Assembly (NCBI GenBank): GCA_964616145.1
Contig: CAZTRD010000004.1
Span: forward strand, 17,777-63,529
Direction: 5' to 3'
Length of the DNA stretch: 45,753 nt
DNA from: an uncultured Candidatus Saccharibacteria bacterium
GTDB taxonomy: Bacteria; Patescibacteriota; Minisyncoccia; Minisyncoccales; PEYH01
This document shows positions 9,717 through 19,410 of the stretch, in pieces. The translations under genes were made by a program, and so were the position numbers. The notes under the pieces are model-generated. The model ran no database searches. It worked only from the letters and a program-made list of their open reading frames with translations, and was not told where the DNA came from. Positions within the stretch are counted from its first letter, which is position 1. Every line of letters starts with the position of its first letter.

Positions 9717-10603
9717 AAATGCTTCCGCCCAGATACAGTCTTTCAAAACTTTCCAAACTAACAGATAAAATAAAAAAACAACTTGTATCTTCAGGTTTTG
9801 GATACGAAATACTTACCGGAGAAATAAGAGATAGGTTAGTGAGCGAATACATGTTGTATAAATTTTTCCCTAGTAAAATCACTGTAGAACATGCTGTAAA
9901 GAAGGATGTGATATCTAGTCTTTTAGTAGATTATATAGGACAAACTTTATCGGATACTATATTGGATGATATTTCTAGGAGGATTGCTGGGTGGAGTCAT
10001 AACATAAATTCTGGAAAAATATTTCGTAAATGGGATATGCAGAAACCTGTTTGGGCATGTTTGAAGGTTGAAGATATAGAACCTATTTTAAGAAAACCAA
10101 AAAGATATTTAGTAACTTTAAAGTCTTACTCCGGCTCTTCTGTAAACATGCGTTTTAAGCAGGTTTTTGCCCCCCAATTTCTTCGATTTTTAATTAAGAA
10201 AATTGGGGGAAATAGAACAGATGAATATGTGCCTTTTGATATTTATGGATTATGGTTATCAGCTCTTCTAGAATATGTTAATAATAAAAGTAGATTATCA
10301 CATATTTTTACATCCAGCAGTCAGCGACAGTATAATAAAAAACTTTTAAACGCTAGGAAGGGAGAATGTATAGGACCGTTTGGTGTAGATAAATGTTTTG
10401 ACTGCCCTATAGGAATAGATCAATGTAGTTTAGGTCGTCACTTAAATACATATGTATACGGTTTGTGCAGAGGGTTTGTTATACGCGATGGGAAGACTAT
10501 AAAACATAAAGGATATATTCGTAAAGCAGGATATTGTATGCATTGTTTAGAAATTGGTAATTTTACAACTACTTATAAGGAAAAAGTTAATGCCAAAATA
10601 TGA
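9713..10603 (+). CDS. hypothetical protein with Cys/His-rich C-terminus
   Basis: 296-aa ORF; CFDC and CMHC pairs. Confidence 0.75.
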   Translation: MKMLPPRYSLSKLSKLTDKIKKQLVSSGFGYEILTGEIRDRLVSEYMLYKFFPSKITVEHAVKKDVISSLLVDYIGQTLSDTILDDISRRIAGWSHNINSGKIFRKWDMQKPVWACLKVEDIEPILRKPKRYLVTLKSYSGSSVNMRFKQVFAPQFLRFLIKKIGGNRTDEYVPFDIYGLWLSALLEYVNNKSRLSHIFTSSSQRQYNKKLLNARKGECIGPFGVDKCFDCPIGIDQCSLGRHLNTYVYGLCRGFVIRDGKTIKHKGYIRKAGYCMHCLEIGNFTTTYKEKVNAKI

Positions 10604-11240
10604 AACGTTTACTAAGGTTAGAGGGGCTGTGGGAGTTCGTCCTAAAGGATCTTCACTCCCTCCGATGTTATTCCATAGAGACTATGCTTACGCTATGCCT
10701 ATGATATTTAAGAATGCTACTATTCTAACAGAATTGTCTATAACAGAAGATACGCAGGGAGGAGATGTCTTAAGAGAACGTTTGGAATCTTTAGATACGA
10801 TATCCCAATTTTATATTAGAATGTGGGAGGATTGTAGAACGAATAATATCATAGGAATAAGCGGTTGGAGGGAGATATTGAAATATTTAAATGCCGAAGA
10901 TGCTGAGAAAACTATACGTGCGGAAGTGTTTGGCACATTTAACTCTTTTGTTGCTTTATCTTTATTTGTTTACATGTTTGCAGCAAAAGAAATGGCCATC
11001 TCCTCTCCGGAAAGTTTTGATGAAATATGTTATAATACAGAAAATCTATTGTCTCTCTTATCTATTATGTCTACAGAGGATAGAAAATGTATGCTTAAGG
11101 AAATCAGGAAACTTGGGTTGATGGATTCTCAAATAAATCTATTGGCTTTATACAAACAAGGATCTGATTATTTGAAAGAGATCAGAAAGGATCAAGAACA
11201 GAGATATGGAAAAATTGCAGAAAGTCCAGAAACTGATTGA
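10590..11240 (+). CDS. hypothetical protein
   Basis: Track ORF 10554..11240; ATG 10590 follows AAGGA. Confidence 0.75.
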   Translation: MPKYETFTKVRGAVGVRPKGSSLPPMLFHRDYAYAMPMIFKNATILTELSITEDTQGGDVLRERLESLDTISQFYIRMWEDCRTNNIIGISGWREILKYLNAEDAEKTIRAEVFGTFNSFVALSLFVYMFAAKEMAISSPESFDEICYNTENLLSLLSIMSTEDRKCMLKEIRKLGLMDSQINLLALYKQGSDYLKEIRKDQEQRYGKIAESPETD

Positions 11241-11958
11241 CGATAATCAGGATTCTTTATTTTACAGCTGGCATGGTATAACATTTTCAGAGCAAGATGT
11301 TTTCTCCCGTTTGGATAAAACATTTTTATATTTATTACGTCCGGATAAGAAGATACAGAGAATTATAGGTTACCCGGAGTTAAATGAATACAGGGAAACT
11401 AGAATAGAGTTTACTTCTAGTATAGCCTACAGAATAACTACAGGTAAGCGTAAAGGACGCGTAGTAGCTCCTAAGAAAATTAATAGCGATGAAAGATTTG
11501 AAACCGCTACAATATATAAGGAATTATGTTTAGGCAGAGATACTTTAGAGTTAAATCCTGAAAATAAAGGGGATAGTCTTCTCCTAGATTCTTTTGATGG
11601 GTTGGTAGATAATCCCCCGAAGATATCGGATACTTTTGAGTTTCCGAGGTTTTATCTATGTTGTACCGGAGACGATAATATTTTGTATCCGAGACAGTCC
11701 GGAGAAGCTTTTGCATATTTTAGCAGTTTCGATGAGTTCGATATTAAGAAAACTCTAGAACAGAATATTAGGGATATTTTCAAGAATGAAGACTATGCTT
11801 TAAGTGCTGGTGGAAACAGGAAAGCATATTTATTTGAATATATGTTCGGTAAAGGAGTTGTTGCCGTAGATCTTGAACTTGATGGTAAGTGGTTTGGTAT
11901 AAAAAGAGATAAGGCTTTATTCGTAAAAGATTTCATTAAATTTGATTTGGATGTATAA
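11206..11958 (+). CDS. hypothetical protein
   Basis: 250-aa ORF in operon. Confidence 0.75.
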   Translation: MEKLQKVQKLIDDNQDSLFYSWHGITFSEQDVFSRLDKTFLYLLRPDKKIQRIIGYPELNEYRETRIEFTSSIAYRITTGKRKGRVVAPKKINSDERFETATIYKELCLGRDTLELNPENKGDSLLLDSFDGLVDNPPKISDTFEFPRFYLCCTGDDNILYPRQSGEAFAYFSSFDEFDIKKTLEQNIRDIFKNEDYALSAGGNRKAYLFEYMFGKGVVAVDLELDGKWFGIKRDKALFVKDFIKFDLDV

Positions 11959-12573
11959 ATGACTTTACAAACATGGTTTGAAGCAGCTTCTATAAATCCG
12001 GATAAAGGCTTATGTCTATCTATAGGGACAGACGGATTAGATCCCAAGAAAAATCAGTTGATGAGCGTTTCATATAAGAGCGAAAAAATTCCTCTTCAAA
12101 CAATATATGTAAAACAGCCTTTATCAGAAGCCGATGCCGAAAAAGTTCAGGAGTATACTGGAGTAAGTGCTGAAAGATATAGCTCGAAAGCTATTTATTT
12201 TAACGAGGCTTTGCTTAAATTAAAACCTATTTTAGATAATGTAGATTTTATAGTTTCTTATTCGTGTTCTTCTTTCCTAAAGCCGTGGATTAAGAATGTT
12301 CTAACATGTATGGTGGATTTCCCTCTGCTAGATCTTTCGGCTGTATTTAAACTTAAGGATAGAAACGGGATTATTAGATATGATCTAACTACTATAGAAG
12401 CTTTAGATAAATCTATAGCAGATCAAACAACATTTATTAGAGCCGGATATTCTATAGAGTCTTTAGTACATAGATATATAGGATGTCCTGTTTTAAAAGG
12501 AAAACCTGCTTTAGAAACACGCCCCCAACAATTATATCTTTTATTTGGAATAGCTCTGCAATTAATATTTTAA
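11959..12573 (+). CDS. DEDD/DnaQ-like exonuclease fold, catalytic residues apparently degenerate
   Basis: LSIGTDGLDP aligns with DxETTGLDP; downstream pattern resembles epsilon-like exonucleases. Confidence 0.55.
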   Translation: MTLQTWFEAASINPDKGLCLSIGTDGLDPKKNQLMSVSYKSEKIPLQTIYVKQPLSEADAEKVQEYTGVSAERYSSKAIYFNEALLKLKPILDNVDFIVSYSCSSFLKPWIKNVLTCMVDFPLLDLSAVFKLKDRNGIIRYDLTTIEALDKSIADQTTFIRAGYSIESLVHRYIGCPVLKGKPALETRPQQLYLLFGIALQLIF

Positions 12574-12582
12574 GGAGAAAAG

Positions 12583-13713
12583 ATGACGATCAGTACGTTT
12601 GACATTGGTGGATTAAAAGATTTCGTATCTAAGTTCGGGCAGTTATCCGGAGACGAAGATACGGTTTTAATCCAGAACTATGTAGATGATGGTAAATTGA
12701 TGGTGGACTTCCAGTTTCAAAGAAAGATAGGGGAGAATAATTATGACCCTATATCCTTCATCAAATATTTTGAAAGTATTTCGAGTGATAGTGTCGCACG
12801 AATATTTCCAATAAAAGATTTTCTGGAGTGTTTAAAAAAAGCAGAAGATAAGGCAGATCTTTTAGAGATTGGTTTTGAAAAATCAACCTCTATAAGTAAT
12901 CCGGAGGAAATAGCTACAATATCCACTATCTTCGGGGATGATACTGTTGTATTAGGATGTTTTCCAATACATACTGCAGAAAATATTAAAAAAGATATTA
13001 GAGACGAAACTTTATTTCCGCTTACTATAGAAAGCTTAGATGTTAAAAGTAGTGAAGATGGTGAAATTCTATACACAAGTAAGCAGGGTGATTGGTATTT
13101 ACTTTTTAATTTATTTGAATTGAATAATCATGAAGAAGCTAGGTTAGTATTAGCTAGTTTTATAGCAAAATACGGGGCTATGCCTGCATTAGAAACGCTT
13201 AAAAAGGAAGATAAAATGGGTGCTGTTACGAGAAGAGCTAGGAAAAAAGATACTACCGTAAAAAATACATCTAAAGATATTCCCGATACTCCTGCAGTAA
13301 CTCCTTCAGATATTCCTGTTGAGAATGTTGATGAGGCGGATAGTAATAAGAAGAAAAGAAGATCTGCTGAAGAAATTCTTAGAGATAGTTTGGCCGATGC
13401 TAAAACTTTGTTAGAGACTGACGGATATACAGTATTTAAGGATACTGTTGAAGAGAGTTCTGTTCAAGTATCTGTTTTAGACAAAGCCGAATTAGTACGA
13501 AAACTATTTAAAGAAATAGAAGTTGAAGTATCTGCCGGAGAATTGACTGTTAACGGTGTAGTTGACATCACTGTTGATTTTATGCATGATGTTACCCATT
13601 TATTAAATACAGCTCTACATCTCGAAGAAAATGCTGAACAAACAACATTCAGTCTTAAGGATTTAAGAAATATGAGTTTAGTAGATTTCGCAAAGATTAG
13701 AGAAGGTGTTTGA
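12583..13713 (+). CDS. hypothetical acidic protein
   Basis: 376-aa ORF, AAGGAG RBS. Confidence 0.8.
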   Translation: MTISTFDIGGLKDFVSKFGQLSGDEDTVLIQNYVDDGKLMVDFQFQRKIGENNYDPISFIKYFESISSDSVARIFPIKDFLECLKKAEDKADLLEIGFEKSTSISNPEEIATISTIFGDDTVVLGCFPIHTAENIKKDIRDETLFPLTIESLDVKSSEDGEILYTSKQGDWYLLFNLFELNNHEEARLVLASFIAKYGAMPALETLKKEDKMGAVTRRARKKDTTVKNTSKDIPDTPAVTPSDIPVENVDEADSNKKKRRSAEEILRDSLADAKTLLETDGYTVFKDTVEESSVQVSVLDKAELVRKLFKEIEVEVSAGELTVNGVVDITVDFMHDVTHLLNTALHLEENAEQTTFSLKDLRNMSLVDFAKIREGV

Positions 13714-14237
13714 TGGTAATTTTAGGAGTAGATCCCGGAACGCATTACACAGGTTGGTTAGCTTGGGATACGGACAGCGATACTATCGTTGATAATAATT
13801 TGAATATAAATTTTATGCAGGGTCGTCCTAAATGTATGGGTAAGGATTTAAACAAGAATTGTTTATATATATTTGAGTCCTTAATCACATCGAATATGGA
13901 CTGGGTTGTGGGAACTGCTGCCATAGAGATGTTTGCTGGATATGGGAGATCTGTTGGTAAGAGCACGTTTGAAGCCTGCAAATGGGTAGGTAGATTCGAA
14001 CAGCTTTTCGATGGATATAAGATACCCGTTAAGATGATATACAGGAAGGGGGATGTATGTCCCTGGATATGTAAAACTACTATGGCCAAAGATTCGGATA
14101 TTAGGAAGGCTTTAATAAAGAGATATGGAAAACCGGGAACAAAGAAAGCTCCTGGAAAACTCTTTGGAGTAACTTACGATATGTGGAGCGCTCTAGCGAT
14201 TGCTGTAACCTGTTATGAAAAATATTGTGAAGCTTAA
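13710..14237 (+). CDS. ruvC: RuvC-like Holliday junction resolvase
   Basis: ILGVDPG, AIE, AKD and DMWSALAIA RNase H-fold motifs. Confidence 0.85.
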   Translation: MMVILGVDPGTHYTGWLAWDTDSDTIVDNNLNINFMQGRPKCMGKDLNKNCLYIFESLITSNMDWVVGTAAIEMFAGYGRSVGKSTFEACKWVGRFEQLFDGYKIPVKMIYRKGDVCPWICKTTMAKDSDIRKALIKRYGKPGTKKAPGKLFGVTYDMWSALAIAVTCYEKYCEA

Positions 14238-14269
14238 ATTGTAAACGTAATTATTAAGTAAAGTAATTA

Positions 14270-14297
14270 AAGAGCCGTATAATATTATACGGCTCTT
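14270..14297. repeat. perfect 28-bp palindrome (terminator, cruciform or operator)
   Basis: AAGAGCCGTATAAT|ATTATACGGCTCTT. Confidence 0.85.
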
Positions 14298-14324
14298 ATA
14301 TTTAAGATAATTTGAAGGTATTAG

Positions 14325-14552
14325 TTGATGAACAAAGAAGTTGAAGATGCTCTAAATAAAACAGTTGTTTTTGCTAAGAAAGCAGCTAAAGCTAAATTTA
14401 AAGTTTGTGTAAAGAGTATAGCCGATAATCCTAAGATAGCGTTCGGTGTAGCGGCAGGAGCTGGTTTAATTTTAGTCCCGGCTCTTACTATAAGTGCTCT
14501 TCTAGGAGCGCTGAGTGCAAGTAAATTAAAAAAGATAGTTAAAGAGAAATGA
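14325..14552 (+). CDS. small membrane protein
   Basis: Gly/Ala-rich hydrophobic segment IAFGVAAGAGLILVPALTISALLGAL. Confidence 0.7.
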   Translation: MMNKEVEDALNKTVVFAKKAAKAKFKVCVKSIADNPKIAFGVAAGAGLILVPALTISALLGALSASKLKKIVKEK

Positions 14553-15187
14553 CTATAAAAGAAGCCAATAACATTACTGGAGGGCTTTCATTTCCTTCCA
14601 AAATGCCTTGCCCGGCATACAGTTTACCTATAGCTAATTGTAAAATGGGATCTGCCTTTAGGCTTATTGAAGGCACAGCGTGCTCTAAGTGTTACGCTTC
14701 TAAAGGCAGATACTGTTTTCCAAACGTGAAAAAAGCTTTGCAAAAAAGAGTAAGGGCTATATATACGAATAAGTGGCAGTCAGCCATGATTTTACTAATT
14801 AAGCATTATTGTTCTAATAGAGTGTTTAGATGGCATGACTCCGGGGATCTTCAGGGAGATTGGCATTTAAGATCTATTATGGGAATTGCCACAGCCACTC
14901 CTGATATATTACACAGACTTCCCACCAAGGAATGGAATCTTATATACGATGTTGCCGGATATATTCCAGATAACATTATTGTAGCTTTATCGTCACCTAT
15001 AATAGATTTTTTTCCTGTATTTCGAGGAAAACTAAAATCTTTTCCTGTACATACTGTTATTTCTGATGTGTCCAAATGTCCTTCTGGAGCAGTACTTTGT
15101 CCAGCAACAACTGTGCGTCACAAATGCGATTCCTGTAGAGTTTGTTGGGATAAAAGTATAAAAAAAGTTTGTTATCTACTTCATTGA
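14549..15187 (+). CDS. GP88-like Cys-rich phage protein (possible Fe-S)
   Basis: SKMP, C..CSKCYA, FRWHDSGD and C-terminal CPA...CxxCRxCW motifs. Confidence 0.7.
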   Translation: MTIKEANNITGGLSFPSKMPCPAYSLPIANCKMGSAFRLIEGTACSKCYASKGRYCFPNVKKALQKRVRAIYTNKWQSAMILLIKHYCSNRVFRWHDSGDLQGDWHLRSIMGIATATPDILHRLPTKEWNLIYDVAGYIPDNIIVALSSPIIDFFPVFRGKLKSFPVHTVISDVSKCPSGAVLCPATTVRHKCDSCRVCWDKSIKKVCYLLH

Positions 15188-15343
15188 TACTGTGGTTTTT
15201 AGAAAACTTGCGTTTCACATCAAAGAAATATAAATTGTTTATTCTTAGATATTTATGAAATCTGCGCTATTCCTCCTCCTGTTATTGACCCCTCGTTTTT
15301 TCAGGATACATTAACCTTTATACTTTAGAAAGCAGGAGAAAAT

Positions 15344-17950
15344 ATGAGTATGTTTGACGGTTTCCAAAAGAGAGATGGTATTGTCGTTGAGTTTGATGTG
15401 GACAAGATAGAAAAAGCTATCACCAAAGCATTGAACGAAGTATACGGGCCAAAAACTAAAGAAGTTCCTTCCTATGTTCTAGGAGATATAGTTGCACGAT
15501 TATCTAACTTTGACTACAAAGACACTAAGAAGATACCTACTTTAGATCAGGTTCAATCGTCTGTTATTACTTCCCTAGAGAGCTTCGGCTGGGCTGATGT
15601 AGCCCATAAATATAAACAATATAGAGATGCTAGAGATAGGGCAAGGCAAAAATTATATGTTAAGAATAAAACCGCTGGAGTAAATATCACAGACGATTCC
15701 TTACTTCTTGTTAATGATAGTGGATATGTAACTTCTCCGTGGAATAGGCAGAAGATATTAGCAGCTTTAAAGAAAAGCACGTCTCTAGAAGATGGTGAAA
15801 TTTTCACTGTAGCTAAATTAGTTGAAAATAGAATTATAGATAGTGGTATTAGTATTGTTACAACCTCTTTCATAAGAGAGATGATAAACAACACTCTTTT
15901 AGAAAGAGGTCATTCGGAAAATATTCCGGATATGTCTGTATATAGAGTTTCTTCTGATTTTATACAGGGACTAATGTCTCAAAAATCTGTGGAAAACAGT
16001 AATGTTGTACATAATAATCCCGAAGCCGTCAATCAAAATATTTCAGGATTGGTGTTAAAAGAGTGGGCTTTAAACAATGTCTTCTCTAAAGAAGTAAGTT
16101 CAGCGCACAGGAGTGCTGCCCTCCACATACACGATCTGGATTTTCCAACGCGTGTTTATTGTACAGCACTTTCAGTTGTATATATAGCTAAATATGGATT
16201 AGTAGGTCTTAACAACCTTTCTACAGAAAGTAAGCCGGCTAATAGCGCTTCAGTGTTAACAGGGCATTTAAATACATTTTTAGCATCTATGCAATCTAAT
16301 TACGCCGGAGCTCTGGGATTAGGTTATTTAAATATATTTTACGCTCCATATTTAGTTGATAAAACGGATAAGGAATATAAACAAGTAGCTCAAGAATTAA
16401 TATTCAATGCATCACAAAATGCTTATAGTCGAGGTGGGCAGACTCTTTTCATAGACTTTAATATTCACAGCACTATCCCAGAATTTCTTAAAGATGTTCC
16501 GGCTATAGGTCCGGGAGGGAGATATTACGCTAAAAGTGATTTGGGTATATATGCTTTAGAAGAAAAATGGAATACGGATTTCGAAGGTAAACGTATATCC
16601 AGAGACCTTATCTTTAAGAACTTTCAGAATAAAGAAGATGTGGTTATACATAGAACACATATAAAAGAAGTTTTTAAGTATGATACGGAAATACAGCAGT
16701 TAGCTAAAACATACGGGCTTAGAGTTCTTACGTATGCTGATTATGAACATGAAGCTCAGAAATTTGCTCTAGCTTTAATAAATATTTGGGAGAAGGGGGA
16801 TAAGAACGGTAGGATCTTCCCGTTTCCTAAAATAGATTTTCACATTGATAATAAATTATTTGCTGATAAGGAAGCCACTAAAGTTTATAATAAAGCTGTA
16901 GAGTTATCTGCTAAAAACGGTTCGACATATTTTGTTTTCGATAGGGATTCTGTTGTCCTCTCAGCTTGCTGTAGGATCAGATCAGCTTTAGATGATAAAG
17001 AAATGCTTTTCTTCCCAGAAAAACTTAGTTTCTGCGGTTTCCAAAATATAACTATTAATATTCCGCAGGCTGCTATAAGAGCTTTGCGTAAGTCTAAAGA
17101 ATGTGATAAACCTGTATATGATTTATTTCTGAATGAAATAGATACGATGATGGCTTTAGCTGTTAAAGCGCATATAGATAAGAAAGCTTTTGTAAGTACT
17201 ATAATGAAGGAACCGGGACAACCTCTATATCAAATAGGTAAAATTTCAGCACACGGGACTCCTTTCGTAGACTTGAATAAAGCTACGTATATAATAGGTA
17301 TAATTGGAGTTGATGATGCTGTATATGCTTTAACTCAGAAGCATATGCATGAAGATGAGAACTCTCGTTTACTGGGTATGAAGCTTCTAGCACATATGTA
17401 TATCAAGGTACAGAATTTAAGCCAAAGACACGGATTAAAAATAACTCTAGAAGAAACTCCGGCTGAAAGTGCTTCCAGAAGATTAGCAAAAACTGATTTG
17501 AAACTGTTTCCAGAAACCTCTTCAATAGTTAATTATAGAGAGAATGCCGAATACTATACAAACAGTATTCATTTTCAAGCCGCTGCTGATATATCTTTAG
17601 TTTCTCGAATCAGGCAGCAATCCAAATTTCATTCTCTTATCCAATCCGGAGCAATCGTACATGCTTTTGTTGGGGAACAACAACCTTCTGTGGAAGCCAT
17701 AGATAGATTGGTTAGACAAACATTTGAAAATACTCAGTGCGCTCAACTAACAATCTCTCCGGAATTTACTTACTGTAAGAATTGTAACGGGAGTGAAAGA
17801 GGATTAAAAGATAAATGTGGTAAATGTGGTTCTGAAAATGTGGATGGTGTTTCTAGAGTTGTAGGATATTTTAGTATAGTAAATAATTGGAATAAATCTA
17901 AGAAAGATGGAGAGCTTTTAGATAGGCATGAGGGGAATTATAGAGTATGA
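15344..17950 (+). CDS. nrdD: anaerobic (class III) ribonucleoside-triphosphate reductase with tandem ATP-cones
   Basis: KRDG..EFD..KI ATP-cone, HIHDLD, SACCR finger loop, ETPAES, YYTNS, CxxC..CxxC Zn site, RVVGY glycyl-radical motif; AGGAG RBS. Confidence 0.96.
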   Translation: MSMFDGFQKRDGIVVEFDVDKIEKAITKALNEVYGPKTKEVPSYVLGDIVARLSNFDYKDTKKIPTLDQVQSSVITSLESFGWADVAHKYKQYRDARDRARQKLYVKNKTAGVNITDDSLLLVNDSGYVTSPWNRQKILAALKKSTSLEDGEIFTVAKLVENRIIDSGISIVTTSFIREMINNTLLERGHSENIPDMSVYRVSSDFIQGLMSQKSVENSNVVHNNPEAVNQNISGLVLKEWALNNVFSKEVSSAHRSAALHIHDLDFPTRVYCTALSVVYIAKYGLVGLNNLSTESKPANSASVLTGHLNTFLASMQSNYAGALGLGYLNIFYAPYLVDKTDKEYKQVAQELIFNASQNAYSRGGQTLFIDFNIHSTIPEFLKDVPAIGPGGRYYAKSDLGIYALEEKWNTDFEGKRISRDLIFKNFQNKEDVVIHRTHIKEVFKYDTEIQQLAKTYGLRVLTYADYEHEAQKFALALINIWEKGDKNGRIFPFPKIDFHIDNKLFADKEATKVYNKAVELSAKNGSTYFVFDRDSVVLSACCRIRSALDDKEMLFFPEKLSFCGFQNITINIPQAAIRALRKSKECDKPVYDLFLNEIDTMMALAVKAHIDKKAFVSTIMKEPGQPLYQIGKISAHGTPFVDLNKATYIIGIIGVDDAVYALTQKHMHEDENSRLLGMKLLAHMYIKVQNLSQRHGLKITLEETPAESASRRLAKTDLKLFPETSSIVNYRENAEYYTNSIHFQAAADISLVSRIRQQSKFHSLIQSGAIVHAFVGEQQPSVEAIDRLVRQTFENTQCAQLTISPEFTYCKNCNGSERGLKDKCGKCGSENVDGVSRVVGYFSIVNNWNKSKKDGELLDRHEGNYRV

Positions 17951-18306
17951 ACATTATCATATTCGGGAAAAAAGGCTGTCAAAAATGTTCTATACTTAAA
18001 ACACGTTTTGATAGATTACTAAGCTCTTCAAAATATAGTATGTTTGATATTGAAAGTTATGAACTTGCTGATGAGGAGTCTATAGTTAAATTTTGTGATT
18101 TGGAGTGTTTGAATTTTATGCGAATTCCCTCCTTCTACATAGAACATGAAAACAAACCTTTAAATCCTAGAAACTTCGGATCATATTCCCTCCCCACTAT
18201 CTTAGGTATGCAAACAAATTATGAAGAACTGGGTGTTATAACTCCACAGATGTTGGAGCAAGTATTAGACGAAGCAAAAAGCCAAACAGGTGTAAAAAAT
18301 GAATGA
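17947..18306 (+). CDS. thioredoxin/glutaredoxin-fold protein (NrdH-like)
   Basis: FGKKGCQKC CxxC near the N-terminus, IPSF cis-Pro motif; ATGA overlap with nrdD. Confidence 0.75.
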   Translation: MNIIIFGKKGCQKCSILKTRFDRLLSSSKYSMFDIESYELADEESIVKFCDLECLNFMRIPSFYIEHENKPLNPRNFGSYSLPTILGMQTNYEELGVITPQMLEQVLDEAKSQTGVKNE

Positions 18307-18745
18307 TTGGAGAACGATAAAAGAGATTGACGGAATGTCTAAATCTACTACTATTATAGAGTTAATTAAGGATAAACTTCCGGATAGTTTAATCGAAAAG
18401 AAGAATGATGAGTTTCGTATTTTGTATCCGGAAGCTACGGGGGATGCTATATATTACCTATCTGTATGTAGAGATGAGGATGAAAGGCTTTCCTGCAGTA
18501 TGTTTCACGTAGGTGCCTTAGGAACGAAGAATCAAACAGAACCTATCCTAATACCATCCGATTCTAATACAGTGCTTAAACAGGCCTTCCGTCTCCTTCA
18601 GTGCTATTTGAGCGGGGAGCATTATAGATGGATAGCTTCCGAAAGAGATATTGTTTTAAAAATTATGCCTTTAGATAGTGATGAAGATGAAATACAGAAA
18701 CTGATGAACGAGCTTAAAGCTCAGTTAGCAATAGACCTGCTATGA
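18299..18745 (+). CDS. hypothetical protein with shared C-terminal tail (...KAQLAIDLL)
   Basis: 148-aa ORF, coupled to neighbours. Confidence 0.8.
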   Translation: MNDWRTIKEIDGMSKSTTIIELIKDKLPDSLIEKKNDEFRILYPEATGDAIYYLSVCRDEDERLSCSMFHVGALGTKNQTEPILIPSDSNTVLKQAFRLLQCYLSGEHYRWIASERDIVLKIMPLDSDEDEIQKLMNELKAQLAIDLL

Positions 18746-19410
18746 AATCTATAACGGAATTGGGGTTGAGTTTATATAATGTAATAACTCCGGATAAAAT
18801 ACATGTAGAACTTTCTTATAAAACATCTCCCTGGGTATCCTACTATCTGACAGAACCTCTCTGTTTATATAAAGTAAATAAACAAGGAGGTTTTGCTATC
18901 TTAAAAGTTAAAAATATTGTAAAAGGATTTCTTATAACTATTACCGACAGTCTTTTTTATACGCTGGGTTTAAGAACCTATCCTATAGTACTTAATCTTT
19001 CAGAAATAGATATTCCTTATATAATTAGAAATTTACATAAAATACAGGCTTCAGATAATTTAGAAGAGTTAAAAAATATAGAAGATATTAAAAACGATTT
19101 TAGGAAAAGTTTTTTAATAGAAGTCGTGGGACTTAAAAATACTAATTCCAATTATAAATACATAACTAGGTTTTGCGAAGGATCTAAAAATATTTTAGTA
19201 ACTTATAATTATGTAAATTTTTATCCAAAATATATTAGAGGGAATTTTAAATCGCTATGCAATCATGTAGGTGATTACAAAACTAAGTACTTAAAACTCG
19301 ATCCTTTCGCAGATTTTAGATTTTATTCGCAATACTCTCCTAAAGAACAAACTAAAATAGATGATATTTTTAGTAAACTAAAAGGATATGAAGCAGTTGA
19401 AGCTTTATAA
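18742..19410 (+). CDS. hypothetical protein with shared C-terminal tail (...KGYEAVEAL)
   Basis: 222-aa ORF, ATGA overlap. Confidence 0.8.
   Translation: MKSITELGLSLYNVITPDKIHVELSYKTSPWVSYYLTEPLCLYKVNKQGGFAILKVKNIVKGFLITITDSLFYTLGLRTYPIVLNLSEIDIPYIIRNLHKIQASDNLEELKNIEDIKNDFRKSFLIEVVGLKNTNSNYKYITRFCEGSKNILVTYNYVNFYPKYIRGNFKSLCNHVGDYKTKYLKLDPFADFRFYSQYSPKEQTKIDDIFSKLKGYEAVEAL

Noticed and set aside
14270-14297. Resemblance of the palindrome to loxP or protelomerase sites (CGTATA/TATACG)
   Set aside because: Spacing and arm arrangement differ, and no tyrosine recombinase or protelomerase is in the window.
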